Shown here: positions 24,281 through 37,789 of the stretch, piece by piece | Layout of the letters: every line of letters begins with the position of its first letter | Numbering within the stretch: the stretch's first letter is position 1 | Assembly (NCBI RefSeq): GCF_001447785.1 | Contig: NW_015167073.1 | Span: forward strand, 246,692 to 310,691 | Length of the DNA: 64,000 nucleotides | Reading direction: 5' to 3' | Source of the DNA: Gekko japonicus | Taxonomy: Eukaryota | The notes under the pieces: model-generated | The model's input: only the letters and a program-made list of their open reading frames with translations | Told to the model about the DNA's origin: nothing | The model's database searches: none | Position numbers and translations under genes: made by a program

Positions 24281-24972
24281 CAGAGTGGCCAAACTGTGGC
24301 TCGGGAGCCACATGTGGCTCTTCCACACATATTGTGCTGCTCTTGGCAGGGCAGCTGAGGAAGGAAGGAGAGGCATCTTTCCTTCCCCAACCAGTGTTCC
24401 CCTCCCTAGGTAGGCTTGAGGTGGTGGAAGCAGAGAAAGAAAGCAACTTTAACTTTAAATGCATTCTCAAAGCACACACACACACCCTTGCACTGGCCAG
24501 CTTGGAGAAGGCATTTGTCTCTTTAAATTCCTTCTCCAAGCCAAGTTAGCTGAAGGTGCTTTCCTTCTTTCCCACCCTCATCTATTTGCTTTCTTTCCAA
24601 CTTTCTTTCTCTTCTCTCTCTCTCTTCCTTCCTTTCACTCTGTCTTCCCCCTCCCTCCTCCATCTATTTTCTTTCTTTGTTTCTCTCTCTCTTTCTTTCC
24701 ACTTCTTTCATTCTTTCTTTCCACATTTCCTCTTTCTCTCTCTTAAAAATAAATATCGTTAGCAAACAAATATCACTGGACAAATAAATATCATTATCAA
24801 TATCTGTTTCTACCCCTTTTGTTATTTTTGACAGTCTCATTTAATGCTAATAAAAAGCAAATTTGCATATTTCCCAATAAAAACATGTAATATTTGTTCA
24901 TGTCTTGTGACTCTCAAACATCTCACATTTATTCCAATTGGTTCTTACGTTAAGCAATGTTGGCCACCCCTG
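24281..24972. mobile_element. hAT-Charlie-like non-autonomous element
   Basis: TIRs cagagtggccaaac / gttggccacccctg; tctaaccc on both flanks; empty site in the OR2 unit at about 17445. Confidence 0.8.
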
Positions 24973-25106
24973 ATCTAACCCATCCTCTCTCTGTGTGTCC
25001 TTTTTTCCATATCATTCTGCTCATGGTTCTTTATAGAGTTACATGCATCTATAGGTCTCTCCCGCAGAAGCAATGTCCTCTTACTCGCACACATGTGCCA
25101 CCACTG

Positions 25107-25304
25107 CAGTGTTCCCTCCAAGCTGAGTTAGTGTGAGGGAGCTCACAGTTTCTTAGCACCTGGCTCACCCATTTTTGCCTTAGCTCAGGAAGGATGGCTT
25201 TGGAGGAAACTAATGAATGCAGTCGTCAGATCGCTCGCTCGCAACTTTAATGCCAGTAGCTCACAAAGTAGAATTTTAGCTCACAAGACTTAGAGGGAGC
25301 ATTG
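25107..25304. mobile_element. 206-bp-family hAT MITE, opposite orientation
   Basis: Ends cagtgttccctcc / gagggagcattg. Confidence 0.75.
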
Positions 25305-25514
25305 GCCGCCAGATCACTTGGCCATTTCTAATAGGGAATAGTATTCTTTCGATTAAAATTCTCTCTCCCCTTTTGATTGCAATATGAATGTGAACCAAAT
25401 CTACCTGAATAAATGTCAGTTTTACCTTTTGCAATATACTTCTTGGGAGTTTATTTACTGCATGCAATATCACACTTCTATGGCTGGGCAAACTCAGCTA
25501 TATGAACTAATACA

Positions 25515-25720
25515 CAATGCTCCCTCTAAGCTGTGGAGTCTTGTGAGCAGAAATCCTACTTTGTGAGCTCCTGGCATTAAAGTTGTGAGCGAGCGATTTG
25601 GCTACTGCATGAATTAGTTTGCTCTGGAGCCCTCCTTCCTGATCTAAGACAAAAATGTGTGAGCTGGAGGTTAAAAAACTGCGAGCTAGCTCACACTAAC
25701 TCACCTTAGAAGGAACACTG
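25515..25720. mobile_element. 206-bp hAT MITE
   Basis: Exact TSD ctaataca; TIRs as at 4464. Confidence 0.9.
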
Positions 25721-26799
25721 CTAATACATATCCTTAGTATTAAGTACGGTCAACCATGGTTACTACTTGGATGGAAGACTAGCAAGGAAGTCCCGAGTTG
25801 CTATGAAGATGCAGGCCATGGCAAATCACCCTTGGATATCTCTTGCTTTGAAAAACCCTAAGGGATTGCGCGAAATTGGCTGTGATATAATGACAGACAA
25901 ACAAAAATCGAACAAAATCAGCCAAAATCCAGAGTTTAAAAACATTTTTGTCAGTTAATAACTCCCCAATTAATTGGAGAGTAAGAACCAGAGAAGACGA
26001 TTCTATTAATCCCACCGGTGCTAAATTAAAATGCCCAAACAGGCTCCTTTGCTACACATTCCATATTGCTACATGTAATCCTACCTTGGCTCTCCTCCCA
26101 GAGATTCCTCAAACACTACAGAGTTTTTCATGTCAACAGCTTACATTAAGGTATATAATAGCTGGCTGGCTTTCAGGTAGCCTTCTAGTGCAACCACTTG
26201 GAAGATTCCCGGACTGTCATGGATTTCAGGAGGGACCAGACCCATCTCTCATCCCCTGATGGAGAGCTTCTCCACATTGTTCCAAAAAGGCTGCTGCCTG
26301 TCCATTTGATAAACAGCAAGATCTTCTGGACTTTGGACTATCACCAATGAATAAAAATTGGGCTCATCATACTGGTTGGGAATATGCTGCCATCATGTTG
26401 GTTGAGAACATCCTGTTCAATTTCTTCGCCGTCAGTGTTTCTCTGAGAAAGAGACTCATATGTAAGAAAAGGTTAGAAGCTACTTTCAAAGATGTGGTCC
26501 ATCAAGCCTGGCACCATCTATCATGATAGGTGGCAGAACGGCATAGTGTCTGGCAGATACCCTTGTCTTCTTCTCTGCTGTCCTTTGAAGTCGAGGAGCC
26601 AGGGACCTCATGCATGCCAAAGAAGGGCTTCACTAATAAGCCCTGCTGCTTCAACCAGCTGGTCAATGACTCCTCCAACCCATCTGAACTGTCTTCAAAG
26701 ATAAGAGTCAACCTAACTGGCTTTGCTGAACATCTAACTATTGTCGGTGTTAGGACACCGCCAGCATGTGGCTGTTGCTTCTCCCTATGAGCTGCCCAT

Positions 26800-26925
26800 G
26801 ATTTCTGAATTCAGTTAGGTAACAAAGACAGTAGATCTGCTCCATTGGGAGTGGTCCAGTCCCTTTGGTACTTCTCTCTGGCTCATTAGTCTGTTGTTTG
26901 TTACTTCAGCCTCCTGGATAGCTCA
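26800..26925 (-). promoter_or_regulatory. Conserved putative OR promoter block (OR3)
   Basis: tcatta at 26883-26888 and O/E-like tccattggga. Confidence 0.6.
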
Positions 26926-27114
26926 AGCACTTATACCACCATGGGGAAAAGTTCCTTAATTTTGGATCATTTTTTTTTAAAAAAAGTTATACAGTGCAGG
27001 TCTTCATATAGTTTGCATGTTCTTGATAATTAAGACAAACAGAGGGAAAGGAATTTTATTAATTCTTTCATTAATAAAAGAAGGAACACTTGAGATGTTT
27101 ATCTTTGGCTCTTT

Positions 27115-27205
27115 TAGTTCAGTTCAGTTCAGTTTAGTTTAGTTTACTTCAGTTTAGTTTAGTTTACTTCAGTTTAGTTTAGTTTCAGTTTAGTTTAGTT
27201 TAAGT
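27115..27205. repeat. (AGTTT/AGTTC)n pentanucleotide repeat
   Basis: Direct inspection; unexpanded in the OR2 unit (about 19140). Confidence 0.9.
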
Positions 27206-27551
27206 TCAGAGTCAATATTCTTCCCTCTAATGTCTAAATTTGATTGTTTCTTTTCTGACTATTTTATAACTGGCTTACATTGGAGCTAAATCAAACCACT
27301 GGTGTTCCCTATGGTTGCCTATATATGGTTAAAGGTATAACACCTTATAACACATATAACAGCCTGCACACTAAGGTCATGGTTAGAGGATCTGCTCTGA
27401 GTGTCCTAATGTACCGAAAAAGGGTAGGTGTGCACCAGAAACAGGGTCCTTTTAGTAGGGACACCCCACACTTTCCCTTCCCACAGAAGCTTGCCTAGTG
27501 CCAAGCTTCCATTCCATCAAGCACCAGATGTAGATCCTTTTATTCCTCTAA

Positions 27552-28059
27552 GGTTGCGGTCACACGTTCGAGATAAAGTGTGTGGGGGGGTGAGGCTCTT
27601 CCCTCTGGAAGAATTTGACCTGCAGTGGCATGATCACACCTTCCTGTGGGTGAGCGGGGTTTTTTTGTGCTGTTTCCCCCCCCCCCCCAGTACTTAAACA
27701 AGGAATCCATGAATCGCACCTCCGCACTGAGGGCTCCCTATGGAGTTTGCGATGATGTGCATACGGCAAAGGTGGGGAAAAAACCAGTGGCACAGAGTCG
27801 GAATGGCCTGATCAGACCATCCCGATGGCATGAGAGCGCACTGGAGTGATCAGACACGGGGAAAGTCCATCCATGGTCCATCGCAACCCATTTACTACCG
27901 GGTTTTCCCTGGTATCTTTTAACTCCGCTTCTGCGGTGGAGCAGAACGGGTTGCTGACAGCTGCAGGGTGCTCCCCAGATGTTGTTGTCTGATCGTGCCC
28001 TTTAAATCCGCCCGGCATTTGCACATATGGTGAGTCTAATTGTGCATATGATTGCAGCC
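27552..28059. mobile_element. PIF/Harbinger-type MITE
   Basis: Imperfect TIRs ggttgcggtcac / atgattgcagcc; TAA TSD. Confidence 0.7.
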
Positions 28060-28137
28060 TAAGTGTTTTTGACCAGAATTACAGTTGGTTTGGAGCACTG
28101 CATCGTTAGGAACTTTCCCCAATGATATGGTTTTAGT

Positions 28138-28528
28138 CAGGGCTTTTTTTGTAGAAAAAGCCCAGCAGGAACTCATTGGCATAATAGGCCACACCCTACA
28201 GCAGGAACTCATGTGTGCACCTCATTAGCATATTAGGCCACACCCATGCCTTCCCTTGGCTTGCTTGGGTGCCCCGCGGCTGCAGGAAGCCCGCACAAAC
28301 AGTCCCTTGGACAGGCCGGGGAAGGCACGGGGAGGCATTTAAATGCCTCCCCGATCCTTCCAGGGGGCCCTCTGGCCCACCCACCTCAGAGTTGCCGGGT
28401 GTGTGTGTCGCTCTCCAGGCCTTCCCTCTGTAGCCACGCACGCAAAGGTTTTGTCTGTGGTGGGCGTGGCCAACTCTGAAGCCAGCCGGAACTCCGTTCC
28501 TGTGCGTTCCTGCCCAAACATAGCCCTG
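28138..28528. mobile_element. hAT MITE (13617 family, opposite orientation)
   Basis: Ends cagggcttttttt / catagccctg; exact TSD gttttagt; empty site in the OR2 unit at about 19565. Confidence 0.9.
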
Positions 28529-28649
28529 GTTTTAGTCACTAAATGCTGGTTTTTAGGACACTTTTGCTTTATCTCTTTCATTTGGAGTTTTTTTTTAAGC
28601 TACTTTCAAAGATGTGGTCTTTTTTTAAACATGTAGACAATACCCAGAG

Positions 28650-28855
28650 ACACATGAATACACACAAAACTGTCTTATACTTAATCAGACCATCTTGGTC
28701 CATCAAAGTCTACTCAGACTGGTGATGGCTCTCCAGAGTGTCCGGCGGAGGACTTTCACATCGCCTACAACCAGGTCTTTTTTAACAGAGATGCTGGGGA
28801 TTGAACCTGGGACCTTCTGCATGCCAAGCAGAGGCTATTCCACTGAGCGATAGTC
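28650..28855 (-). mobile_element. tRNA-derived SINE, second family (another copy at about 43765-43965)
   Basis: B-box gggattgaacctggg read on the plus strand; shared body with the 43765 copy. Confidence 0.7.
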
Positions 28856-29654
28856 CCTGAACTCATATTTGATTAGTACAGTTCTTTTCAAGCTCATGCT
28901 CAGTTCCATAATTTGGTGGCCCTCTGTGCCTCATTACCTGAGACACTTTAATTTGAGGCTACAAGCTGGGGACCTTTGTACACACACAACTTGCCCTCAG
29001 CTACCCAGCTGCGGTTCCTAAACAACCTTGCAAAGGTGTCCCCCACCAAGGAATTATCAAAGACTTCTCTGGCAAGAGTCAGAATGATCTGGTTAAACAT
29101 TCTCAGAAGACAGTGAGCGTACTGGCTTTTCCCTCACCCCCTCAGGCTTTAAGATATCCAGAAGATAATGAGGTCTGTGGATCTTCTCCATGGGGACAAC
29201 TCTAATCTCTTTGGTTGCTTACCTCTGGATTATTAAAAAGTTGTTAGGTTATCCACTTGAGGTTCAAGCACGTAATGCAGCATTATATGGGGGGGGGGGT
29301 TATTTGTTGCATTTTTCCTGTTACTCCATGATTTAGTGTGGGAAAAGAAGCTGCAATTGTCTAAATTAAGTCCCAACCTAGCTCAAGAAAGCTGACAGTG
29401 GTTCCTTCACCTCAGAACAGTGCTTCTGAGGTACGCTAGGCTGAGAAGATCTGCAAGTGATAGTCGGAATTGTCTGTAGAATGAGGAAGCTTTCTCCTAC
29501 CTGTCTGAAAGTTGGCAGAGGAAAGTGCTATCAAATCGCAGCTGACGTATGGTGACCCTGCAGGGTTTTCAAGGCAAGAGATGCTCAGAGGTGGTTGGCC
29601 ATTGCCTGCCTCTGCGTAGCAACCCTGGACTTCCTTGGTGGTCTCCCATCCAAG

Positions 29655-30373
29655 TGTAACCCATGCAGTTTTATAGCTGTTAACAGCATACAGAGATCAG
29701 GCACGCCTGCTTTTTGCCAATAGGTGGTGTGGCAATTAACTCCCTTTCCCCCCTTCTATACTTAGTTAGTGAGCATGCTCAGTGCTTGTAGCCTTCCCTA
29801 AAGGAGGCTGGGTATTCCCAGCAGCCAGCAGTTCAGCCTGGCCCAGAAAGAGGCAGCATCTTGGGGAGAGGCCTGTATAGACTTTGCTGTGTTAAGGCCT
29901 GCCTTGAATTATTGCAGGTAAATCCTGGAGTCAACTGAGAAGAGCTGCAGCCTCCCAAGTACAGCCTGGAAACCTCATATGCTGTTCCAGTATCTGTGAA
30001 CTTACAACATATGGACCTACAATACATGTATTATTTATGTGCTTAGTATTTTTTTTCTGTTCTGTGCATCCTTGTGGATGCTGAAGATATCTGTACTCAG
30101 TCATATCCTGAAGATTCATTGCTATGAAGTAATAGCAACCAACCAAAAGTGAATGAGGATTTATATGAAAACCTCCATGCTTTTGTTTATATAAAGAGTT
30201 TATTTTAAATGTTAAAGTGCATTGGTTGTATTGCCTCTCTTATGTCTGTGTTTGAGTACATGTGTAGTAACAGCAGTTACATATTCTTAATAACCATAGG
30301 TGGGAGTTCCGCTGTCAAAACCGACTGAACCTGCCCACTCTCCCTGCAGATATTAGGACCTTAGTGGGTTACA
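29655..30373. mobile_element. Solo LTR inserted in a 5S-derived SINE
   Basis: Perfect terminal inverted repeat tgtaaccca / tgggttaca; 4-bp TSD caag; host sequence ccatccaag|tactaa is split. Confidence 0.85.
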
Positions 30374-31357
30374 CAAGTACTAACTAGGGCCAACACTGCT
30401 GAGCTTCTGAGATCTGACGAGATCAGGCTAGCCTGCGTCATCTGAGTCAGGGGACCTGGAAGTTAGGAAGGCACAACCTTTAGGAAGTTCATCCTACTTG
30501 TTTGTAAGACGGACAGTTACAGGCAGAGCTGTGTTTCTGACTGAAACAAAAGGGAACCTCATCCAAATACAGTCACGAATTGGAACAAGCATCATAACAA
30601 AACAAAAAAAAGATGGACTTGACAGTGAGGCAACATTTTGATGCAGCGTGCTGGAAGGAGCACAGAGACAGAACTTCTGAAGTACCGTTTTCTCCCCCCA
30701 TTTGTTTTGGGGCATCCATCAATCCCTACCTGGTGTACCTAGTAAGTGATGCAAGCCCTGCTTGGAGCTGCATTGAAGAAATTGTACAATGAAATGGGAG
30801 GATGCTTAGGGATGCTCAGACGACGATATGGATAGGGATGCTTGAACACACACTCGCTTGGCTTGCGTCACGTTTACTGATTTCTCAATAGCCCGTTCAT
30901 TGATTTGTCAACAGCCATTTCTGCTGTTCAGCAAATGGCTCTTTTTGTAGCAGGAACTCATTTGCATATTAAGTGACACACCCCCTAATGTAGCCAATCC
31001 TCCAAGAGCTTACAGTAGCCCTTGTAAGAAGAGCTCTGTAAACTCTGGGAGGATTGGCTACATTAGAGGTGTGTGGCCTAATATGCAAAGGAGTTCCTGC
31101 TACAAAAAGAGCCCTACGATTCCTTCCTAACAGGGCAGTACAGTTCCACTGGCTTCTCACACGTGCATTCTCACACAGCACAACTGAGTTCAATTTCTTC
31201 CCCCCCCCACATTCTTGCTGTGCCACTGCTCAATGGACAGTACTTTAAATGTACAGTTAAATGAGTCCAAAAATCATATAAATCAGTCACACATTCATGT
31301 TCTTTTTTAAAAATCCTGCCCTTTGGCATTTGTTTAAGCAATCCCTAGGGAAGTTAT

Positions 31358-31711
31358 GGAGCTGCGGTGGCTCAAGTGGTTAAGACGCTGAACTGCAGGC
31401 TGTGGAAGGTCGGTAGTTCAGCAGTTCGAGACCCGGGTTGCCGCATGACGGAGTGAGCTCCCGTCTCTCGTTCCAGCTCCTGCCAACCTAGCAGTTCGAA
31501 AGCAAGAAATTGCAAGTAGATAAATAGGTACCCCTTCGGTGGGAAGGGAACAGCATTCCGTGCGCTTTGGTGTTTAGTCATGCCGGCCACATGACCACGG
31601 AAACGTCTTCGGACAGCGCTGGCTCTTCGGCTTGGAAATGGAGATGAGCACCGCAACCCTAGAGTCGGATTCGATTGGCTTTCGAGCAAGGGAAACCTTT
31701 ACCTTTACTTT
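31358..31711 (+). mobile_element. Sauria SINE, full length
   Basis: TSD tagggaagtta; near-identical to the 3350 copy. Confidence 0.9.
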
Positions 31712-32119
31712 TAGGGAAGTTAACGGCTACCAGTCTCTTTGTATCAGCAGGGTTTATTTTTGCTTGGAGAGTTTTGGGGAAAAAAAACCTCTTGCAAATG
31801 TCTTGGGTAGGTGTTTGGCTCTGGGGAACAGACCAGCTGATGGTCATGACTGTCAAAAAGTTGGACGCAATATTCACTGTGTCTCCAGCGCTGATTAGCA
31901 GTGCATGCGCTCACCTTAAAAATGCAAAGATACGACTGTACACAACTGATGATACACCTGTGGAGTAGCCAGATTCCAGTCCCGTATCATGACGTGTTCT
32001 ATTGCTGGCTGTTATTTTGAGTTGCAAACCTCCTCAAATGCAATACTGGAAAGATGGTATAGAAATGTGTAAAATACATTTTAAAAAGTGGGACTTGAAA
32101 TCGTAGGGAATTGGCTATT

Positions 32120-34140
32120 GGCTGTGAGGCCTTTTCAAGCTACTTTGCGGATAAATTTTAGTCACTCTGCTGTGACCTTCCCGCTACAGTTGATACAGTG
32201 AACGCTACAGTTGATACAATAAATGAATTCGAGGCTCCAAGCATGTCTTCTAGTCACATTATGGATTATTTCAACCCGCGCAGCCTAGAGGAAGTTGACA
32301 GATTGCTCCTAACTGTATGCCCTGCCACGTGCCTCCTCGACCTGTGTCTGTCGTGGCTAATCAAAGCTGGCCATGAGAGGCTCTGGGGTGCCTTGCGGGA
32401 GATTATCAACAAGTCCCTCTCTGAGGGGCTGTTCTCGGAGGCACTTAAGGAGGCAGTGGTGAGCCCCCTTCTGAAAAAGCTATCTTTGGATCCAGCCGAA
32501 TTGGCCAACTATTGGCTGGTTTCCAACTTGCCCTAGTTGGGCAAGATAATAGAAGGGGCAGCAGCGAGTCAGTTACAGGGCTTTCTGGGATGAAGCTTCC
32601 ATTATAGATCCCTTCCAGTCCAGTTTTTGTCTGGGCCACGGGACGGAGATGGCACTGGTCGCCCTCACAGATGACCTCCGGAGGCATCTGGATTAAGGCG
32701 GATCGGCAGTGCTGTTACTGTTAGACCTTTTGGCTGCATTCGACACAGTCGACCATCAGCTACTGTTCCACTGCCTTGCCGACATTGGAATTCAGGGACT
32801 AGCCTTGCAGTGGCTTGCATCCTTTCTCCAAGATTGGGGACAAAGACTGGCACTGGGGGGTTAGCTGTCCTGAAGGCACCCATTGGAATGTGGAGTGCCC
32901 CAAGGGGCAGTGTTGTCCTCGATGCTCTTTAACATCTACATGCGCCCTCTTGCCCAGATTGTCTGGAGGCATGGGCTGGGTTGTCACCAGTATGCAGATG
33001 ACACCCAGCTCTACCTGTTGTTGGATGGCCAGTCCGACTCCAAACTGGAAGATCTGGACCAAGCGTTCCGTGTCGTGGCTGGTTGGCTTAGGCTGAGCCG
33101 GTTGAAATTGAATCAGACGAAGACGGAGGTCCTGTGCCTGAGCTGCAGTGGCCCGAGGGTAGGGATCCTGCTTCTGACCTTCGATGGGGCATCACGGGTG
33201 CCCGCGCCGGAGGCTAGGAGCCTGGGAGTGCTCCTGGTGGCAGCCACTGCCAAGTTGGCCTTTTACCATCTTTGGCTGATTAGGCAGTTGGTTCCCTTCC
33301 TCGAACACAGTGACTTGGCAACAGTGATCCATGCAACGGTCACTTCGAGACTAGACTACTGTAATGCCCTCTACGTGGGGATGCCCTTTTCGCAAATCCA
33401 GAAGCTGCTGGTGGTGCAAAATGCCGCGGCCAGGCTGTTGATTGGACTCCCTATTTGGGAGCACATCCAGCCTGTGCTAAAGGTGTTGCACTGGCTGCCT
33501 ATAGCATACCAGATTCGCTTCAAGGTGCTGGTTCTTACCTTTAAAGCCCTTTATGGCCAGGGACCTACATACCTGAGGGACCACCTTTCCCCATAGGTAC
33601 CCCAGAGAGCGCTGTGATCAGGGGCCCAGAATCGGCTGATCCTCCTGAGCATTAGGGAGGCCAGGCTGGCATCAACTAGGGCCAGGGCTTTTTTGGTGGT
33701 GGCTCCACTCTGGTGCAATGAACTCCCAGAGGAGATCAGGGCCCTGCAGGACCTTCTACAGTTCCACAGGGCCTGTAAAATGGAGCTCTTCCACCAGGCC
33801 TTTGGAGCCACCGCCGCCACCACCACCACCACCACCACTACCACTACCACCACGACCACTGGTGGCCACCAACAATAACTGACATGCTATGGTAGAAGAG
33901 CCCTGATCCGCTGGACCCTTTAATCACTGCCCCCCAATCCGCCCAAAAAACAACTGAGCAGACCAATGGAGCTGACGATAAAAAGTGAGGAAATTATACT
34001 AGCTATTATTATGTTTGGTTTTAATTTTGTATTTATATTACATGTTGCTGCGTTTTTATAAGTATGGGTGGTATTCTGTTTCTGTAAGCTGCCCTGAGCT
34101 GGCCTTGGCTGGGAGGACAGGATAAAAGTTTAATCAATCG
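32120..34140 (+). mobile_element. 5'-truncated L2-clade LINE (RT pseudogene)
   Basis: CGVPQGAVLS, QYADDTQLY, LKLNQTKTE and VTSRLDYCNALY motifs with stops/frameshifts; L2-type 3' tail; internal (CCA)n at about 33808-33860. Confidence 0.9.
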
Positions 34141-34617
34141 ATGGATCAGTCAAGAATGAGAATTGAGAGCAGCAGGCAAGGCAGAAGAACTAACACTAGC
34201 CATTCGCTGTGCCCCCAGTAGCAAGAGGGATCTGTGGGGCACTACCCTATGACTGTTACCTTATGAATTGTTTGAGAAAGGCAGGCCAAAAATGTCTCAG
34301 ATAAAAACATGGTAAAATAAAGTTAAATATGAACACTTCATGAACATTCCACACGCTTCTAAATCAGTTGGCTCCATGATGTGTCACTCAGAAGCTGTCC
34401 CTGTCCACTGGCTGCGTTGCCTGAATCTCACCTCCAATATTCTAAACAGTTTGTTGTTCCTCTCTGCCCAATAGCCAGTCGGAACACAGAGGTCATTTGC
34501 ATATGCGGCCTGATTGGCCTTTGCCTCTAACATTCTAAACAGTTTGCTGTTGCTGTTGGGAGTCATTGAATGTGTCCTGAGGTAAAATGCATATCCCAAT
34601 CTTCCCATAAATGGTCA

Positions 34618-35200
34618 CTGGAGTTGCCAATCTCCCTGTGGGGCCTGGAGATCTCCCAGAAATCACCACGTTTCCCAGCCGCAGCACATCATTTCCCCTA
34701 CAGAAAATTCCCCAGCTATTACAATTGCTTTGGGCAGTGGACTCTATGGCATTATAACCTGCTGAAGACCCTTCACACCCCAGACCCTGCACTCCCCAGG
34801 CTCTACCCCTCAAATCTACAGGTCTGGCCCTCTCCTTAGTATCGCCAGCCTCTAGGAAGCAACTGGAGATCTCCAAGATCAGTTCTGGAGAAAATGTGTC
34901 CTTTGGACAATGGACTCTATGGCATTATACCCTGCTGAGGTCCCTCCACACCCCAAACCCTGCCCTCCCCAGGCTATACCCATCAAATCTACAGGTCTGG
35001 CCCTCTCCTTAGTATTGTCAGCCTCCAGGCAGCATGTGGAGATCTCCAAGATCAGGTCTCCTGGAAAAAATGGCTGCTTTGGGCAATGGACTCTATGGCA
35101 TTATACCCTGCTGAGGTCCCTCTGCACCCCAAACTCTACCCTTCCCAGGCTCTACCCCTCAAATCTACAGGTATTTCCCAACTCAGGGTTGGCAACCCTG
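34618..35200. repeat. Blackjack-like MITE with three tandem ~175-bp internal units
   Basis: tggactctatggcattata recurs near 34740, 34910 and 35090; ends gttgccaa / ttggcaaccc. Confidence 0.7.
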
Positions 35201-35871
35201 TAACTGGCTATGGAACCACTTTCCAGACCCTTGGAACCTAAAAGACACGGCATAGGAGGAGGTGCTTTTCTACCTTAGCTGCCACTGCATAACCCCAAAT
35301 CAACATAAGTCAGGGGTGGAGGGAACCATACCTTTTTATCATGAGGCTGTCCTCCCATACAGCCCTGACTTAGAGCTAGTCCCAAATATACAAATTCCAC
35401 TAGTAGAAAACACCATCAAAGATTGCCAAAACAATATATTAAACAATTATAAAGTTGGTGGTGTCACAACAACAACATTAATACATACTGTAACTATAAT
35501 AAGGCATAAGATACAATATGCCCTCCTGTGACACTAGTCTTTTCCCCTTGCTGTTTGGATTTACTGCCTTATAGCTAAGCAGAAGGAAATAAACATGGCT
35601 TGCCTCCCTCTATTTTACCCTTCCCTCTGCCGGCCTACCAGCCACAGCCGGGACACTCACCTGGAGCCTTCTTCTAGAACTCATTGTATTTCTTCCCACA
35701 ATGGGCCTTACTCCTAGTATATAATAAAACAAATATGTTTATTCAGTTAGTGAGCATGATGTAATTCCTTCCTACTCCAGCCTGCTAGCTGACACAGAGC
35801 TGGGAGGTATGTTAAACTTAAAAGTTTGTCCTTTCAGCAGTTCTTCCTTAAATACCATAACTAGACAGCTT

Positions 35872-37190
35872 ATTTATTATTTATTTATTATTTACATTTT
35901 TATCCCGCCCTCCCTGGAGGCTCAGGGCGGCTTACACGGCATATCGCCAAATCATACAATAGAACAATAAAAACATTAAAAATATTAAAACACATCACAG
36001 TCATAAACAGATTTTTGGTGCTCCTCTCCTAAAAACAAGATGGCCATCTCCTAAAACGTCCCATTCTCACCCAAAGTGCCCGCATCATGATGACCCTGTA
36101 CAGAAATCATGGGGCGTTGGTGGTACAATGGCAATGGTGGCTCCTATTCGAACGCCTGGCGGAAGAGCTCCATCTTGCAGGCTCTGCGGAACTGTGCTAG
36201 GTCCCGCAGAGCCCTGATCTCCTCTGGAAGCTCATTCCACCAGATAGGAGCCGCCACCAAAAACGCCCTGTTCCTGGTCATGACGAGTTTGATGACCTGG
36301 GGACCTGGGACGTCCAGTAAGTTCTGATTCCCCGACCGTAGTGCTCTTGGGGGAACATGTGGGGAAAGGTGGTCCCTTATGTAGGCTGGTCCCTGGCCAT
36401 ATAGGGCTTTAAAGGTAATAACCAGCACTTTGAAGCTGTAGTGTATCAGGCCCCGACAGGGCCGGGCATGCCTGGGCTTGTCCAGGCACAAATTCCTCAA
36501 CCTTCATGCTAAAAGACAATGGGCACGTAGGATCCTAGCCAGGCCCAATGAAAGGGCTAGGTCCCAGGCCAAGAGGCCAATAGGTCTCTTGGTTACTGTA
36601 AATAGCCTATCGGGAGTGGGGGGGGTGTTTGGTGGTGGGTTTCTCTGAGGGAATATAAGCCGGCCTGCGTGCTGACTAACTTGTCTTGTTCCTGACTAAA
36701 TAAAGGTATGCTTGGCTGAAATCACTCTCCGTCTGCATACTTTTCAGAAGCGAACCCGGTACGCTATAGGCAACCAGTGCAGCACTTTCAGCACAGGCTG
36801 GATGTGATCTCGTCTAGGAAGATCCATCAACAGCCTGGCTGCAGCATTCTGCACTAGTTGCAGCTTCCGAATTTGCGACAAAGGCAGCCCCATGTAGAGA
36901 GCGTTACAGTAGTCTAGCCTCGAGGTGACCGTCGCGTGGATCACAGTGGCTAGGTCATCCCGGTCGAGGAAGGGAACCAACTGCCGTGCCAGCCGAAGGT
37001 GGTAAAATGCCGACTTGGCAGTGGCTGCTACCTGGGCCTCCATCGTTAACGAGGAGTCCAGGAGCACCCCCAAACTCCTAACCTCCGACGCCGGCACCAA
37101 GGGCGCCCCGTCGAAGGTCAGGAGAGGGAGCCCCAACCCCGGACCGATCCGACTCAGCCCCAGGACCTCCGTCTTTGCCGGGTTTAATTT
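35872..37190 (-). mobile_element. 5'-truncated L2-clade LINE
   Basis: ORF2 C-terminus (LKLNPAKTE...VTSRLDYCNALY); (TAAA)n tail; cagctt at both junctions; empty site at about 45967. Confidence 0.92.
36437..36746 (+). mobile_element. 310-bp solo LTR nested in the L2 ORF
   Basis: TG...CA ends; 5-bp TSD gaagc; TATA (aatataag, about 36652) and AATAAA (36699); splits the peptide YRVRF|KVLV. Confidence 0.88.
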
Positions 37191-37789
37191 CAGCTTGAAC
37201 AAGTTCACTGTTTTTATCTGGGAACAGCACCCAAACCCTGCTGTCAAAATCAATTACTACAGTCCCTACTGGACTCCCTGCCTAGACCGGGATACCTCCT
37301 ATCATGTTCCCCTCCAAAATCCAACTGCCCCATTTGTCTATTGGCTGTTGACAGTTAAACTCCCTCAAAATTCCCCCTCCCATTCCATTCAGCCTGTTTG
37401 AATCCAATTGGTCAGTTCAAACAGGGAGAAAAGAGGGTGGAATTTTCTTCTCTTCATCACAACCCTGACCTGGATAATCCAAGCTTGCCCAGTCTTGCCA
37501 GATTTTGGTACCTAAAGAGGGCCAGGTAATTACCTGGATGGATGGGAGATGACCATGGAAACTCGGAGTCACAGAGTCAGGCAACAGCAAACCACCTCCA
37601 GTTTTCTCTTGACTTGAAAACCCTATGGGCTCTGTATAAGTTGGCTGTAACAGGGTGGCCCAAAAAAAGGCAGCACAACAGCTGGCTGGCTGGTGGGGCC
37701 AAATATGGTTCCTTGTGCCAAAGTCCAAACTTCCTTGCTATACCACCGGAAGAGAAATGGATCAAGTAAATATATACATAGCATTGTCT

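Noticed and set aside
32883-33596. 237-aa reverse transcriptase ORF as an active gene
   Set aside because: 5'-truncated L2 with upstream stops/frameshifts and an internal deletion.
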